Positions 44,828 through 53,919 of a stretch of DNA of 59,079 bases are shown here, piece after piece. The notes below the pieces were generated by a model. The model saw nothing but the letters and a program-made list of their open reading frames with translations, made no database searches and was not told the origin of the DNA. Each line of letters starts with the position of its first letter. Within the stretch, counting starts at the first letter, position 1. Made by a program: the position numbers and the translations under genes. Origin of the DNA: a virus. Taxonomy: Duplodnaviria > Caudoviricetes. Location: IMG/VR virus record IMGVR_UViG_3300025572_000009, positions 1 to 59,079 of that record. One strand, written 5' to 3'.

Positions 44828-47800
44828 TTAACCAATATCAACCAACTCGCACCCTTCCCCAGAAGCAGAGCAAGCTAGCTCTTGGGTTCCGGTGGTAGTG
44901 TCTTCGGTTTCGTATTCCCTCAAACGCTCCCACTCGATCCTTGCGGGGCTGCGAGCTTGCGCCGCAAGGAATTCCTTCTCAGACACCGGCTGATACGGCG
45001 CCTGCTTGTAAACGTGATCGTCACGAGGCAGGAAGGAAATACCCGAGACTTCATCCAAGTGCTTCCACACCCAAGACTGCACCTCTGGGAACTCATCCAC
45101 CCCGTAGTAGATCGTCACACTGGGCTTGTGTTCGCACCAAAACCGCTGGTAGGTCAGCCAGAGGTTCAGATGCTCGATGGCGGAAAGATCGTTCCGCGTC
45201 AGCGCCCCGTAAGGTGACTTTACAGGGAACGAGAAAATCGTAACCGAGTCCGGAAACGTCACGCACGGCTCCGCCGGAACACCCTGATCGCGCAGGAACC
45301 GGGTCATGGGGTCTTTGTTATCGGCGCGCACCGTGCGGATGTAGAACGGCGCATACCGAGGATGAATACCCGACGCCGCATCCACCAGTTGCGACACGGT
45401 GCCCGATGGCTTGACGCACGTAATGGCCGCGCTACGGTGAATGCCAAGCGCACGCGCATACGTTTCATTCGTATCTACAGCAACCTGCCTCAACACCGTC
45501 AGCAGCTCCGGCAAACCCTTCGTCCTACCGTTAGTCAGGTTGCAATCCATAATCCCGGTCATAGACACACCAAGCAGCCGCTCCTCTTCCGTGTTCTGCT
45601 TCCAGATCGGCCGCAGATACCGGAAGTTTGTCAGGGTCGCCTGGAACGTCCCTAGGATGGTAGCATACCTAACCTTCTTGGTCAAACTGTGCGTAGTGTC
45701 ATTCGGTCGGACAACGACTTCCGACAGGTTGCATTGGAACGTGAGGACGTTCGCAAACAGACCCTTGTGTTCCTCTGGCTCATTGAAACAATACGTATCA
45801 TGCAGCCCCGGAAGCTCCTCTACCGATCTGACGGTCTGGTATTGGCCCTTAAACCGAGGAGCATGACCCTTAGATGTATCCAGTCTATGGCAAGGAAGCT
45901 CCCGCGCATCCGTGATTTGTAGATACCACAAATCTTCCTTCCTAACTCCATAGTTAGTCTCGCGTCCCGATTTTTGCAAAAGGCAAACGGACGACCGAAT
46001 GCCGTTTTTCGTCAGAAGCAATTGCAGCATACGAGCGCGCTTTTCCTGAGACAGATAAATGCGAATTCCACCCGTGCCCGTCTCACTTCCGTCTGTGTCA
46101 GCAAGTCCCGCCACGAACGCCAGAACGCTTGCTCGATCCCAGCTAAAAAGATCACGGAAGCCGTCTGCCGCTCGTAGTCTCCAAAGACGCTCCGGAGAAA
46201 TATTGGTCTTCACAGAAACGCGCGGAACATTATAACCCGGCGGAATTGCCTCTGTTCCGCGAACGCCTGCAACTGGCAAACTGATCTTTGGCCCATACAG
46301 ATGAATATGAACCCGGTCCCCATCTACATGACCGTCCCCACAGGCTACGCCCAGATCATATGCATCCGCGACGTTCACACCCGTATCGGATACAACGGTT
46401 GTGGGTTCGATCTGCACGGCATACTTGGACTTCATCAGGTCTTGCGCCTGAACCTCCTTAAAAGAGTTCCCAAAGCGATCCTTAACGGAAAACCTGTGAT
46501 CTGGCGTGCAGTCCAAATAGGAGCCGTCAGAGAACCGGACCCTGACCAACTTCTGTCCTGTGCCAGTCTTCCGGACAGTTACCTTAGACCACCTCCTGCC
46601 ATTCCACACTTCGACCTCGGTATCCACCAAATCCTTGATGTCCGACAGCCCGTTGCGGGTGATAAGAGGCGTGTCCCCAGAAACGCAGAATTGATAAGGA
46701 CGCAGGATAATCTCCGAGCACGGGTTAGTCCCGAATTCAAAGTTGGGATCACGTCGGCCATACTTAAGCGCCTGCTTAATCGCCGCCGCTCGGGAGAAGA
46801 TACCCCGCTCGCCCGAATGGGAATCGTAGAGCGCCTTCATCTCGCCCAGGAAGGTGGACATATCTGGCCGTCCTTCGAGCACGTAGGAATTGTTCGCCAG
46901 CGCCCGCTCCGGGTGGATGTCCCACCACTGGCCGGACTTGGCGACCTGCATCCGCTTATCGTCCAGATCGGACAGGCTAATCATGGCGCTGCGCCGGACA
47001 CCGCCGACCACGACGATCTCCGCGATCTTGCACATGAGGTCATGCGCCTCGATGGTGCGGAGCTTCCGGCCTCGGGCAGCATTGAACAGCTTCACCGTGA
47101 ACTCGAACAGCTTGTTCAGCGGCTCAGGCCCGCTCGCCCTGCCCCCAAACGTCTTCAGTCTGGCGCCCGCCGGACGCACATAAGAGAGATTCCAAGGCCG
47201 TTGACGGCCCTCGTAAAGCCCTTCGATCAGCGCGCGAAGCCCATAGCACCAGCCTTCCTTGGAATCCTCCACCACAATCACATCGTCAGACTGGACGATC
47301 TTGCGGGGCACCATCGGGAGCTGATCCACGTAGCGGGATTCAACGCTGTATCCGACCCCGGTTCCATTCATGAGAACATACATCGCTTCGTCAAATGCCC
47401 ATGGATGGTCAACCGGCAGGTAGGAGCAGTTCCGCGTCAAGATACCGCCCGCCAGTGTAAAACTCTGCGTCACCGGCTCTACGGCGCAAAATACTTCCTC
47501 CTCTAGACCAGTCTCTTCAATGGAAACCACGCGAAACTCTCCCCGCGTCCGGAGAGTAATCCGGTGCAATGGCGCACTACGCGCCCCAAAATTAGTCGGG
47601 GCAGTAAGTAGGTTATGTCCCGTCGCCATGAAGCCACCATAGGCCGCGTTCTTCAGAACGAACTCCGCCGCCTCAGGGTCTTGGGTAGAAACACCAGGCT
47701 GCTGCTCTTGATTGTGCCCATCGGCGGCTAGATAGCCTTGGAACCACCACCACGACGGACGGCGGGGCAATGCCTTCCAGTCACAAAGAACCCCCTTACC

Positions 47801-48562
47801 ATAGATGACAAAGGGATCGCCTCCGGCGGACGGCGGATAGGTTACATTGCACCGCCCTGCCTTCTGTAATACCGACAAATGCCTCGCCTTATCACCGCAC
47901 AGTCGCACACGGGAGAATCCATCTTGTGTGCTTCCGTCCCCGAAGCCGAAGCCCCGCGCAAAGTCCTCCGCGTCGAATGGCGTAATGGGCGCCGGGTTGA
48001 ATGGCACAAGATCGCCTACCCGGAGATCATCCACCGTGCCCCGCTGCGTAATCCAGCGGTGATTTGGCGTCGCGTAGACAACATATCGCAGATTGCTCCG
48101 CGACCGCTTGCCCGGTCGGAACTCGATTCGGTTAAGGGGCTGGCGGCCGAACGAGCGAATCTCCGCCTCCCGCCACTCGCCATCTTCACACAGGACAGTT
48201 TGTCGCGTGCCAACTGTTTCTTTGAAGGTCTTCAAACCTTCTTTGGTCATGTATTCAGTTTCACCGCTGAAACAGTTGTAGGCGCAGACGTTGTTCCAAT
48301 CGAGCGCCGGGCCAGCAGTCATAAGCGCACGCATGGATGGCATGACTTCCAGATTGAGCACCGCCATCTCAAGCTCGCGACGAAGCTCAGGCTTAAGAAT
48401 ATATCCGTTATTCTCCTTAAGGTGGCGCTCCATATAGTCAAAATACCGCTTGACCGTCTCAGGCCAAGTCTCCCGACGGCCCTCAGACTCAATCCAGCGG
48501 GCGTAGCGCGACTGATGTATAAAGCGCGCGTAATCAGTGGGGAGTGTATCCATCGGTCGCAT
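44828..48562 (-). CDS. nrdJ: class II (B12-dependent, RTPR-like) ribonucleotide reductase with two inteins
   Basis: SRYARW, MPSMR, YNC, GGVRRSA, TNPCSE, CNLSE, VKPSGT, EHKPS, C-terminal CxxxxxC. Confidence 0.95.
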   Translation of the reverse strand: MRPMDTLPTDYARFIHQSRYARWIESEGRRETWPETVKRYFDYMERHLKENNGYILKPELRRELEMAVLNLEVMPSMRALMTAGPALDWNNVCAYNCFSGETEYMTKEGLKTFKETVGTRQTVLCEDGEWREAEIRSFGRQPLNRIEFRPGKRSRSNLRYVVYATPNHRWITQRGTVDDLRVGDLVPFNPAPITPFDAEDFARGFGFGDGSTQDGFSRVRLCGDKARHLSVLQKAGRCNVTYPPSAGGDPFVIYGKGVLCDWKALPRRPSWWWFQGYLAADGHNQEQQPGVSTQDPEAAEFVLKNAAYGGFMATGHNLLTAPTNFGARSAPLHRITLRTRGEFRVVSIEETGLEEEVFCAVEPVTQSFTLAGGILTRNCSYLPVDHPWAFDEAMYVLMNGTGVGYSVESRYVDQLPMVPRKIVQSDDVIVVEDSKEGWCYGLRALIEGLYEGRQRPWNLSYVRPAGARLKTFGGRASGPEPLNKLFEFTVKLFNAARGRKLRTIEAHDLMCKIAEIVVVGGVRRSAMISLSDLDDKRMQVAKSGQWWDIHPERALANNSYVLEGRPDMSTFLGEMKALYDSHSGERGIFSRAAAIKQALKYGRRDPNFEFGTNPCSEIILRPYQFCVSGDTPLITRNGLSDIKDLVDTEVEVWNGRRWSKVTVRKTGTGQKLVRVRFSDGSYLDCTPDHRFSVKDRFGNSFKEVQAQDLMKSKYAVQIEPTTVVSDTGVNVADAYDLGVACGDGHVDGDRVHIHLYGPKISLPVAGVRGTEAIPPGYNVPRVSVKTNISPERLWRLRAADGFRDLFSWDRASVLAFVAGLADTDGSETGTGGIRIYLSQEKRARMLQLLLTKNGIRSSVCLLQKSGRETNYGVRKEDLWYLQITDARELPCHRLDTSKGHAPRFKGQYQTVRSVEELPGLHDTYCFNEPEEHKGLFANVLTFQCNLSEVVVRPNDTTHSLTKKVRYATILGTFQATLTNFRYLRPIWKQNTEEERLLGVSMTGIMDCNLTNGRTKGLPELLTVLRQVAVDTNETYARALGIHRSAAITCVKPSGTVSQLVDAASGIHPRYAPFYIRTVRADNKDPMTRFLRDQGVPAEPCVTFPDSVTIFSFPVKSPYGALTRNDLSAIEHLNLWLTYQRFWCEHKPSVTIYYGVDEFPEVQSWVWKHLDEVSGISFLPRDDHVYKQAPYQPVSEKEFLAAQARSPARIEWERLREYETEDTTTGTQELACSASGEGCELVDIG
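45734..46687 (-). mobile_element. intein 2 in RNR (318 aa, LAGLIDADG, Gln-terminated)
   Basis: QF|CVSGDT...CTPDH...LGVACGDG...VAGLADTDG...VLTFQ|CNLSE. Confidence 0.92.
47429..48274 (-). mobile_element. intein 1 in RNR (282 aa, LAGLIDADG-like)
   Basis: AYN|CFSGET...ATPNH...FGFGDG...GYLAADG...ILTRN|CSYL. Confidence 0.92.
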
Positions 48563-48687
48563 ACCAGTTCCTCAAAGTCTTAGTCTGTCCATTCAAAGCG
48601 CGACACGCCGTCATAGTCGTGACGGCGCCGTAGATTTCGGCAACTCGGGTGTGCTTTAGGCATAATGTTACTTGAAGTTAAGCCTCC

Positions 48688-49038
48688 CTAGTAAACAGTC
48701 TCTTCCGTAGTCTCCGGCGCTGTGACGATACCGTATGCCCGGCAGTAGGCGGCCATTAGTGGCCCCAAATGGGTATTAGGGTGTGGAGCCCATCGCACCC
48801 GCCGTGGACTGCCACTTGACTCAGATACGGCGGTGGAAGCAAAGGCGTGGACGGTGCCAGACAAACTGACCTTGCCGTTCCGCATGAACACAAGCTCATC
48901 CTCCGGCGTCGCCCATCCATCCTCGATCAAAGCACGCGCCGCCACATGCTCGCATTGCGGCCCCTTAACCGTGGAACGGTCAGGCAAAACAACCACCTCC
49001 GCCCCCGTGTAATGCAGGACAATCCTGCGCGTCGCCAT
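48688..49038 (-). CDS. hypothetical protein
   Basis: GGAGGAG RBS; own promoter. Confidence 0.65.
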   Translation of the reverse strand: MATRRIVLHYTGAEVVVLPDRSTVKGPQCEHVAARALIEDGWATPEDELVFMRNGKVSLSGTVHAFASTAVSESSGSPRRVRWAPHPNTHLGPLMAAYCRAYGIVTAPETTEETVY

Positions 49039-49050
49039 AGCTCCTCCGAT

Positions 49051-49086
49051 AGAAAAGGAGGGCTGAACCTTCCGATCCAGCCCTCC
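49051..49086 (-). terminator. terminator/attenuator-like hairpin
   Basis: 13-bp stem GGAGGGCUGGAUC-GGAA-GGUUCAGCCCUCC followed by UUUUCU. Confidence 0.6.
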
Positions 49087-49100
49087 CGGGTTGGGCGCCT

Positions 49101-49129
49101 ATTATAATCATTCTTTGCCCGGTTTGCAA
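49101..49129 (-). promoter_or_regulatory. sigma70-like promoter
   Basis: TTGCAA-17nt-TATAAT. Confidence 0.65.
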
Positions 49130-49261
49130 GAGGGTAAAAACGCGATCTAGTATCCGCTTTGCAAATCGGCTGCAAAATGTGGCGTTACTCGGAAATCAGA
49201 ACCATGCGACTACCGGGCAGCAGCTCCTTCAACTCATAGTCCCGCACCTCAATCTTCATAT

Positions 49262-49729
49262 TCACTCCATTCCCTTCAGCACAGAAGACAGATCAATCTT
49301 CGGATGGTCTGGCGCCTTGACCAGCTTCCCGTCCTCACGGACGGTCGCTCGCCCGATCTTCTGCATGTTGTTCTCGTGGACGAGCCAGAACGTCGGCCAC
49401 CACGGGATACCGTAGGCAAGCTTGGTCCCTGCCGACACATAATCCATGTCGGTTGTTTCCTTGGCTACGTCATGCAGGGTGCCGTTCATGCAGGCGTCCC
49501 GCGTCTCGCCACCCTCTTCGTCACAGAGCATGGCCCGCAGTCGCGCCAGATCGTCACCAGCCTCGAACGGCCGGGCGATGTGTGGCTCCCGATTGAGCTT
49601 GGCGGCAACCGCCTGCTCAAACTCCGCCAGAGCCCACTCAATCGGCGTGTCGTAGCCAGCAAGGCGAGCCTCTTGGACCGCCTTCATCCAATCCCTGGGA
49701 ACCCGGGTGTAGGTGTTGGCCCGCTCCAT
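49262..49729 (-). CDS. MazG-like / PRA-PH nucleotide pyrophosphohydrolase
   Basis: EEGGE, KETTDMDYV, VHENNMQK...REDGKLVK. Confidence 0.85.
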   Translation of the reverse strand: MERANTYTRVPRDWMKAVQEARLAGYDTPIEWALAEFEQAVAAKLNREPHIARPFEAGDDLARLRAMLCDEEGGETRDACMNGTLHDVAKETTDMDYVSAGTKLAYGIPWWPTFWLVHENNMQKIGRATVREDGKLVKAPDHPKIDLSSVLKGME

Positions 49730-50313
49730 TACGCAGCCTCCTTCAGCGCCGACTTGGGCACGTCATCATGCTCTAAAGTAACTTTAAACAGTTGCCGTGC
49801 CGCAGGCAGATACACCACGACACCCTCGGGGCGCTTGAAGCCCGGAGCCGCCCAACTGCCGTTCTTTCGAAGCTCGTCAAGCACACTCTCAACTGCATCC
49901 GTGCTGAACTTGCCAGCGTAGAGCACGGGCACCACATGGCAGCAGGCGGGGGTGTTCTCGGGCTTCCACCGGGCGGTGTTGAAGAGGGAAAAGCGGCGCT
50001 CCATGAGGCCGTAGCCCCGCTGGATACCCTTACCCCACCACTCGCCGAAATGGCAGCCAGGACCAAGCTTCACCAACTCTGACGCATTGTCCCGCACCCA
50101 TGCAGCAAAACCGTAATTATCGCTACCCGGGACAATGAAATGATTACGGGACTGAGCGTAGAGAGTGAAACCATCCACCCAAGCCACGAAGTTTGGGGTA
50201 TCCGGCTCCCCCTGCACGATATGCACAGCCGCGTTGGTTCCATCCAGCTTCTCGGTAATCACACACTCCCGCCGCAGACGAGCGATCTTCGGGAACCCCA
50301 CAAACTTAGGCAT
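49729..50313 (-). CDS. RNA ligase (Rnl2-like adenylation domain)
   Basis: TEKLDGTNA (KxDG), QSR, FGEWWG.GIQ, EGVVV, FK. Confidence 0.85.
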   Translation of the reverse strand: MPKFVGFPKIARLRRECVITEKLDGTNAAVHIVQGEPDTPNFVAWVDGFTLYAQSRNHFIVPGSDNYGFAAWVRDNASELVKLGPGCHFGEWWGKGIQRGYGLMERRFSLFNTARWKPENTPACCHVVPVLYAGKFSTDAVESVLDELRKNGSWAAPGFKRPEGVVVYLPAARQLFKVTLEHDDVPKSALKEAA

Positions 50314-50912
50314 TACATATCCCCCTTCTTCCTCACAGTCTTCCAGTCCACGCGGTCATCCCAATCCTTGTGGGTCCGCATGTATTGCGCCAGGGTAAAG
50401 CACCCCCAGGCGGCGTGCATGACATGCGGAAGCCCGGACTCTGGATCGAGGTCTTCACCACTATCGAAGGCATTCAGGTGACGCTCGATAGCGGCCCGGA
50501 CACGTCGCCAACTCATGCCGTTGAGCCAATTATTGTCCGAATACTTCGCCGCCCCCATCGTGTAGATTGCCGCCAGATCGGCCAAGGGGAGCGGAGGGAT
50601 CAGATCGAACCGAAGCTTACCCCAATCATCCTTGGTGGCCCTGCCAGCCGCCATTTCGGCCTTGGACGCATCACTGATCTCGAACAGCCGCTCGTGGATT
50701 TTGACCACCTCGCCAGGGATAGCGGGGGGCATGGTCGGAAGCTGCACAGGCGGCCCAAGGACAGCCCCTCCAACAATCAAAGGGGAAACGATAGAACCCT
50801 GGTTCACTTCAGACTCGCTGGCCATAGTCTTACCACCATACAACTCGCAATCGGGCGGGCACTCCCGATACAGTCCGCAAGGGCACCCTCCTACATGATC
50901 GTATTTCGCCAT
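50313..50912 (-). CDS. dATP/dGTP diphosphohydrolase-domain protein (DUF5664-like)
   Basis: KDDWGKLRFDLIP, GAAKYSDNNWLNG, RHL, DPESGLPH..HA. Confidence 0.85.
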   Translation of the reverse strand: MAKYDHVGGCPCGLYRECPPDCELYGGKTMASESEVNQGSIVSPLIVGGAVLGPPVQLPTMPPAIPGEVVKIHERLFEISDASKAEMAAGRATKDDWGKLRFDLIPPLPLADLAAIYTMGAAKYSDNNWLNGMSWRRVRAAIERHLNAFDSGEDLDPESGLPHVMHAAWGCFTLAQYMRTHKDWDDRVDWKTVRKKGDM

Positions 50913-50921
50913 CAAGTAACC

Positions 50922-51185
50922 TTAATGGAAAGGCTGGACTTTGCCTGACATAATGATGTCCGCACCCTCCGGAACGATATCATCATCTTCACTGGACGGC
51001 TCGAAGGTCAGGGTAGCCTTGAAATACTTCCCCGTATTCGTATCCTGATACTGGACACCAAACGACAGAGCAGCATCGTCGAGCGTCATATTACGCGCTT
51101 TCATCGCGGGAATGGCGTGCGTCACCATGCCCTTCGCAAGATCACCAGCGATCTCATGAATCTCCCGAAGAATAGTATCAAGCAT
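50922..51185 (-). CDS. hypothetical protein
   Basis: Operon packing; GGAG RBS. Confidence 0.6.
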   Translation of the reverse strand: MLDTILREIHEIAGDLAKGMVTHAIPAMKARNMTLDDAALSFGVQYQDTNTGKYFKATLTFEPSSEDDDIVPEGADIIMSGKVQPFH

Positions 51186-51774
51186 GGTTCATCTCCACGT
51201 AACGAATAACACTGTCCACGTTGTCCCACCCAAGCAGCCGTGGGTAAGTATAAGCTTGGTTCCACGGCTGATCGAAAGCGACAGGCTGGTGTCCGGCCAT
51301 CTGCGCCTCTGTCAGATACCGAACATTATCCTCAATTACGATACCGGGTTTATTTGCTACAAAGACCCTCCACTTGTCACCACCGAGCGGCAGGCTGATA
51401 ACACCGTCAACCATGTCGCCAAAATCTTCCTTGATTCTCAAAAGACGATTGATCTCCGCAAACTCTGCGCGCTTCACCGGCAGGTAGCCAGACACCACCA
51501 GAAACAAGTTGTCCGGGAACGCCTCTCGTAGTCTCTTGACTCCCTCGACCGCACCCTTGATCGGTTCGAGATGTAAAAAGTCAATGTGCCCGTTGAACTC
51601 CTCGACTAGCTCCCGAATTTCTTCACGGGAAAGTGTCGGAAACGCATCCGTCAGGTTCCAAGTGGTAATCTCCCCAGCCTGGACGATGCCCTTTCTCTTC
51701 AGCATCCACTTGGTAAAGCCTCCGGTCCAATTGTAGAGGACTTCATCGGCATCCAGAATGATCGGCCCTTTCAT
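51178..51774 (-). CDS. HAD-family 5'(3')-deoxyribonucleotidase-like phosphatase
   Basis: ILDADEVL (DxD), K, IEDN, QPWN. Confidence 0.85.
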   Translation of the reverse strand: MKGPIILDADEVLYNWTGGFTKWMLKRKGIVQAGEITTWNLTDAFPTLSREEIRELVEEFNGHIDFLHLEPIKGAVEGVKRLREAFPDNLFLVVSGYLPVKRAEFAEINRLLRIKEDFGDMVDGVISLPLGGDKWRVFVANKPGIVIEDNVRYLTEAQMAGHQPVAFDQPWNQAYTYPRLLGWDNVDSVIRYVEMNHA

Positions 51775-51790
51775 CCTTCCCCCCCTAAAG

Positions 51791-52087
51791 TTACTTTACT
51801 GGCGTAATCTCAATCCGCAGCCCGTCCACATGCACAGTCACCGGACGGCTTGGCTTCACTTGTTCCTCTACATCCGTGTCCATAACTTTAAGACCGGCGA
51901 TCTTGGCAAGCCCAATCGCCATCCGGCGGACAGTGTTTGGCGCAAAAGTCATATACGCCTCGGTGCTACCTCCTTTTCTAGAAAGAAAGTTAACTGCACC
52001 GTTATACGTCGGTATCAAGGATATTTCGCGTGCATCCCAATCATACCCCCTACCCTGCTGGATTATAGTTACACCACTCTCGGCCAT
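51791..52087 (-). CDS. hypothetical protein
   Basis: Operon packing. Confidence 0.6.
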   Translation of the reverse strand: MAESGVTIIQQGRGYDWDAREISLIPTYNGAVNFLSRKGGSTEAYMTFAPNTVRRMAIGLAKIAGLKVMDTDVEEQVKPSRPVTVHVDGLRIEITPVK

Positions 52088-52088
52088 C

Positions 52089-52421
52089 TCATTCCCTCCC
52101 CGCAACCGGCGCGGTCACATCCAGGCTTGGCGCTTGCCGCGTGTAGTCCTCCGCAATCTTACTGACCATCTCAGTCATCACCACGGGATCAACCGCGTCA
52201 GCAAGTTGTTGCCCCGTCTTGCTGGCACCAATCGAGTAAAGACCAGCGGCCACCATAGCTACCTGAGCCACGTCACTAGGACTCGACTCATTCTTGAACA
52301 GGAACAGTTGCATCGCGATTGTGTCCCCCTGATCCTTGAACACGATTGCGCCCGCCGCTCCTCCGGTTTCCAGAAGCGCCCTCAGCTCGGCGCGGGCGGC
52401 CGGCTTTGTTACCTCTGACAT
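52089..52421 (-). CDS. hypothetical protein
   Basis: GGAGGT RBS. Confidence 0.65.
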   Translation of the reverse strand: MSEVTKPAARAELRALLETGGAAGAIVFKDQGDTIAMQLFLFKNESSPSDVAQVAMVAAGLYSIGASKTGQQLADAVDPVVMTEMVSKIAEDYTRQAPSLDVTAPVAGRE

Positions 52422-52752
52422 TTGCCAACACCTCCACCAAAGTATCGAACTCAAGAATCGCTAGCGGTTTGCTGTGGTTCTGCTTGACCACCACTAGCGG
52501 CTTCCCCTTTCCATGCGCCTTCGCCTGCGCCAGCCAATCGTAAAGCGACTTTAGCCGGGCGCGGGCCTTACACTCGACAGAGAATGGGATGAGCTTGCGG
52601 GCAGCAGGAGATAGTTGAACATCTTCGCCGCCCGCCCCCATCGAGGTTGACCGAATATCGTCCGGAGCCAGGTCAGGGAACGCTGCCAAAAGACGATCCC
52701 TGACGTATTGCTGCAACCGGCGGCCCTTGGCTTTGGCGCTCTGCGGAGTCAA
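52288..52752 (-). CDS. Holliday-junction resolvase (PD-(D/E)XK)
   Basis: SAKAKGRRLQ, STSMGAGGED, SVECK, PLVVVKQN. Confidence 0.85.
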   Translation of the reverse strand: MTPQSAKAKGRRLQQYVRDRLLAAFPDLAPDDIRSTSMGAGGEDVQLSPAARKLIPFSVECKARARLKSLYDWLAQAKAHGKGKPLVVVKQNHSKPLAILEFDTLVEVLANVRGNKAGRPRRAEGASGNRRSGGRNRVQGSGGHNRDATVPVQE

Positions 52753-53000
52753 CTACTCCCGGCCGGGTCGTGGCTCTCCATCTCAGCTTCCCCGACCTCC
52801 TCGATGCTCACGGCATCGTCAATAGTGCGCGTGGGAATGGCCCAAAACTTCCCATCGCAGTCGGTGAACGTCAGGAACGGCGCACCTACCTCCAAATCCT
52901 GAGCCACCTTTTTCGCAGCCGCCTCGTTCACCAGGAACACTTCGGACTCGGCAAACTGCGTCCGGAACATTTCGATGCGATATTGCTTCTCAGGCTCCAT
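52749..53000 (-). CDS. hypothetical protein
   Basis: GAGGG RBS; overlaps neighbouring genes. Confidence 0.6.
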   Translation of the reverse strand: MEPEKQYRIEMFRTQFAESEVFLVNEAAAKKVAQDLEVGAPFLTFTDCDGKFWAIPTRTIDDAVSIEEVGEAEMESHDPAGSS

Positions 53001-53919
53001 CGCTACCCTCGTTGGTGACGGCGTTACTAGGCACATAGTAAACCCATTTGGGGCTCTTTGCAAGGGAGTCACGTTGTCTTTCGTGACTTAAACCGGGCCA
53101 GCAAGACCATTTGTAAGGGCAATAGCTACAGGTCCGACCCAGGATCAGGCGGCCGGTAGGCTTCCCTCTGAACGTCTCGGGCTCCGGTCCAAACTTCCGC
53201 CCAGGGAACTCCGCATCCGGCGGACCAACGGCCTTCACCGTCTCCCGAATGCGATCCAGAGCAGCCGCTTTGTCACGCTCTCGTGCCGTATCAGGAACTT
53301 CTAGGACTGCCCACTCTCCGCTCTCCTTGTTAATGGCGATCCACCCGCCGAAGGGGGTGCCCGTCCCTTCGTCGTAACCGAACGCCTGCGCAATATACCC
53401 CCACGGGTCGTCCTTGTGAAGATTTTCATATCCGTAGGGGCTGGCAAACTTGTGTTCGAAGGTGAACCCCGATGCGGACTTGATGTCGTAGGTCTTGCGT
53501 CCTATTCCATTTTCGTCCACAGTCAGGTCCGTTCGGCCACGAATAACCTGTTCGGAGCCATTATCGAGGCGCACAACAAGCTCGGCATTCTCATTGCGGC
53601 CAACGATGTTGACGCCTGCCGCCTCCATGATGGCTATGCCGATGATTTCCACGGCGTCACCAATCATCATCTTGACACGGTGGAACGGCGGATCAGGCTC
53701 GGCCGGACTGCCGTGCTTCTCGTGCCACAGAGCGCATACCGGCATCCCGACATTCGACATGCGAAGCCGGAATTCCCGCTGTGGCGACCAATTGAACTGA
53801 CGTTCCAGCGCACGGCGGAACGATTTGGCGGCCTGATCGAGAACGTGGGGAGGCATTTTCGCCTCCCCCCTGTTCACCTGATCGAGAAACGCCTGAACCT
53901 TCAGCAGAACCGGGTGCAT
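52990..53919 (-). CDS. PD-(D/E)XK (Cas4-like) exonuclease
   Basis: LRMSNVG..C.LW, GRTD, DIKS, GYIAQ..GY, CSYCPYKWSCW. Confidence 0.88.
   Translation of the reverse strand: MHPVLLKVQAFLDQVNRGEAKMPPHVLDQAAKSFRRALERQFNWSPQREFRLRMSNVGMPVCALWHEKHGSPAEPDPPFHRVKMMIGDAVEIIGIAIMEAAGVNIVGRNENAELVVRLDNGSEQVIRGRTDLTVDENGIGRKTYDIKSASGFTFEHKFASPYGYENLHKDDPWGYIAQAFGYDEGTGTPFGGWIAINKESGEWAVLEVPDTARERDKAAALDRIRETVKAVGPPDAEFPGRKFGPEPETFRGKPTGRLILGRTCSYCPYKWSCWPGLSHERQRDSLAKSPKWVYYVPSNAVTNEGSDGA

Noticed and set aside
46301-47506. Long antisense ORFs (e.g. 46301-47506 +, 16691-17776 -, 24096-25166 -, 26620-27702 -, 33053-34231 -, 14576-15613 -)
   Set aside because: Shadow frames of well-supported genes in a GC-rich genome; no recognisable motifs or RBS
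50313-50912. Z-genome (2-aminoadenine) pathway suggested by DUF5664 and MazG-like genes
   Set aside because: No PurZ/adenylosuccinate synthetase-like ORF found anywhere in the apparently complete genome
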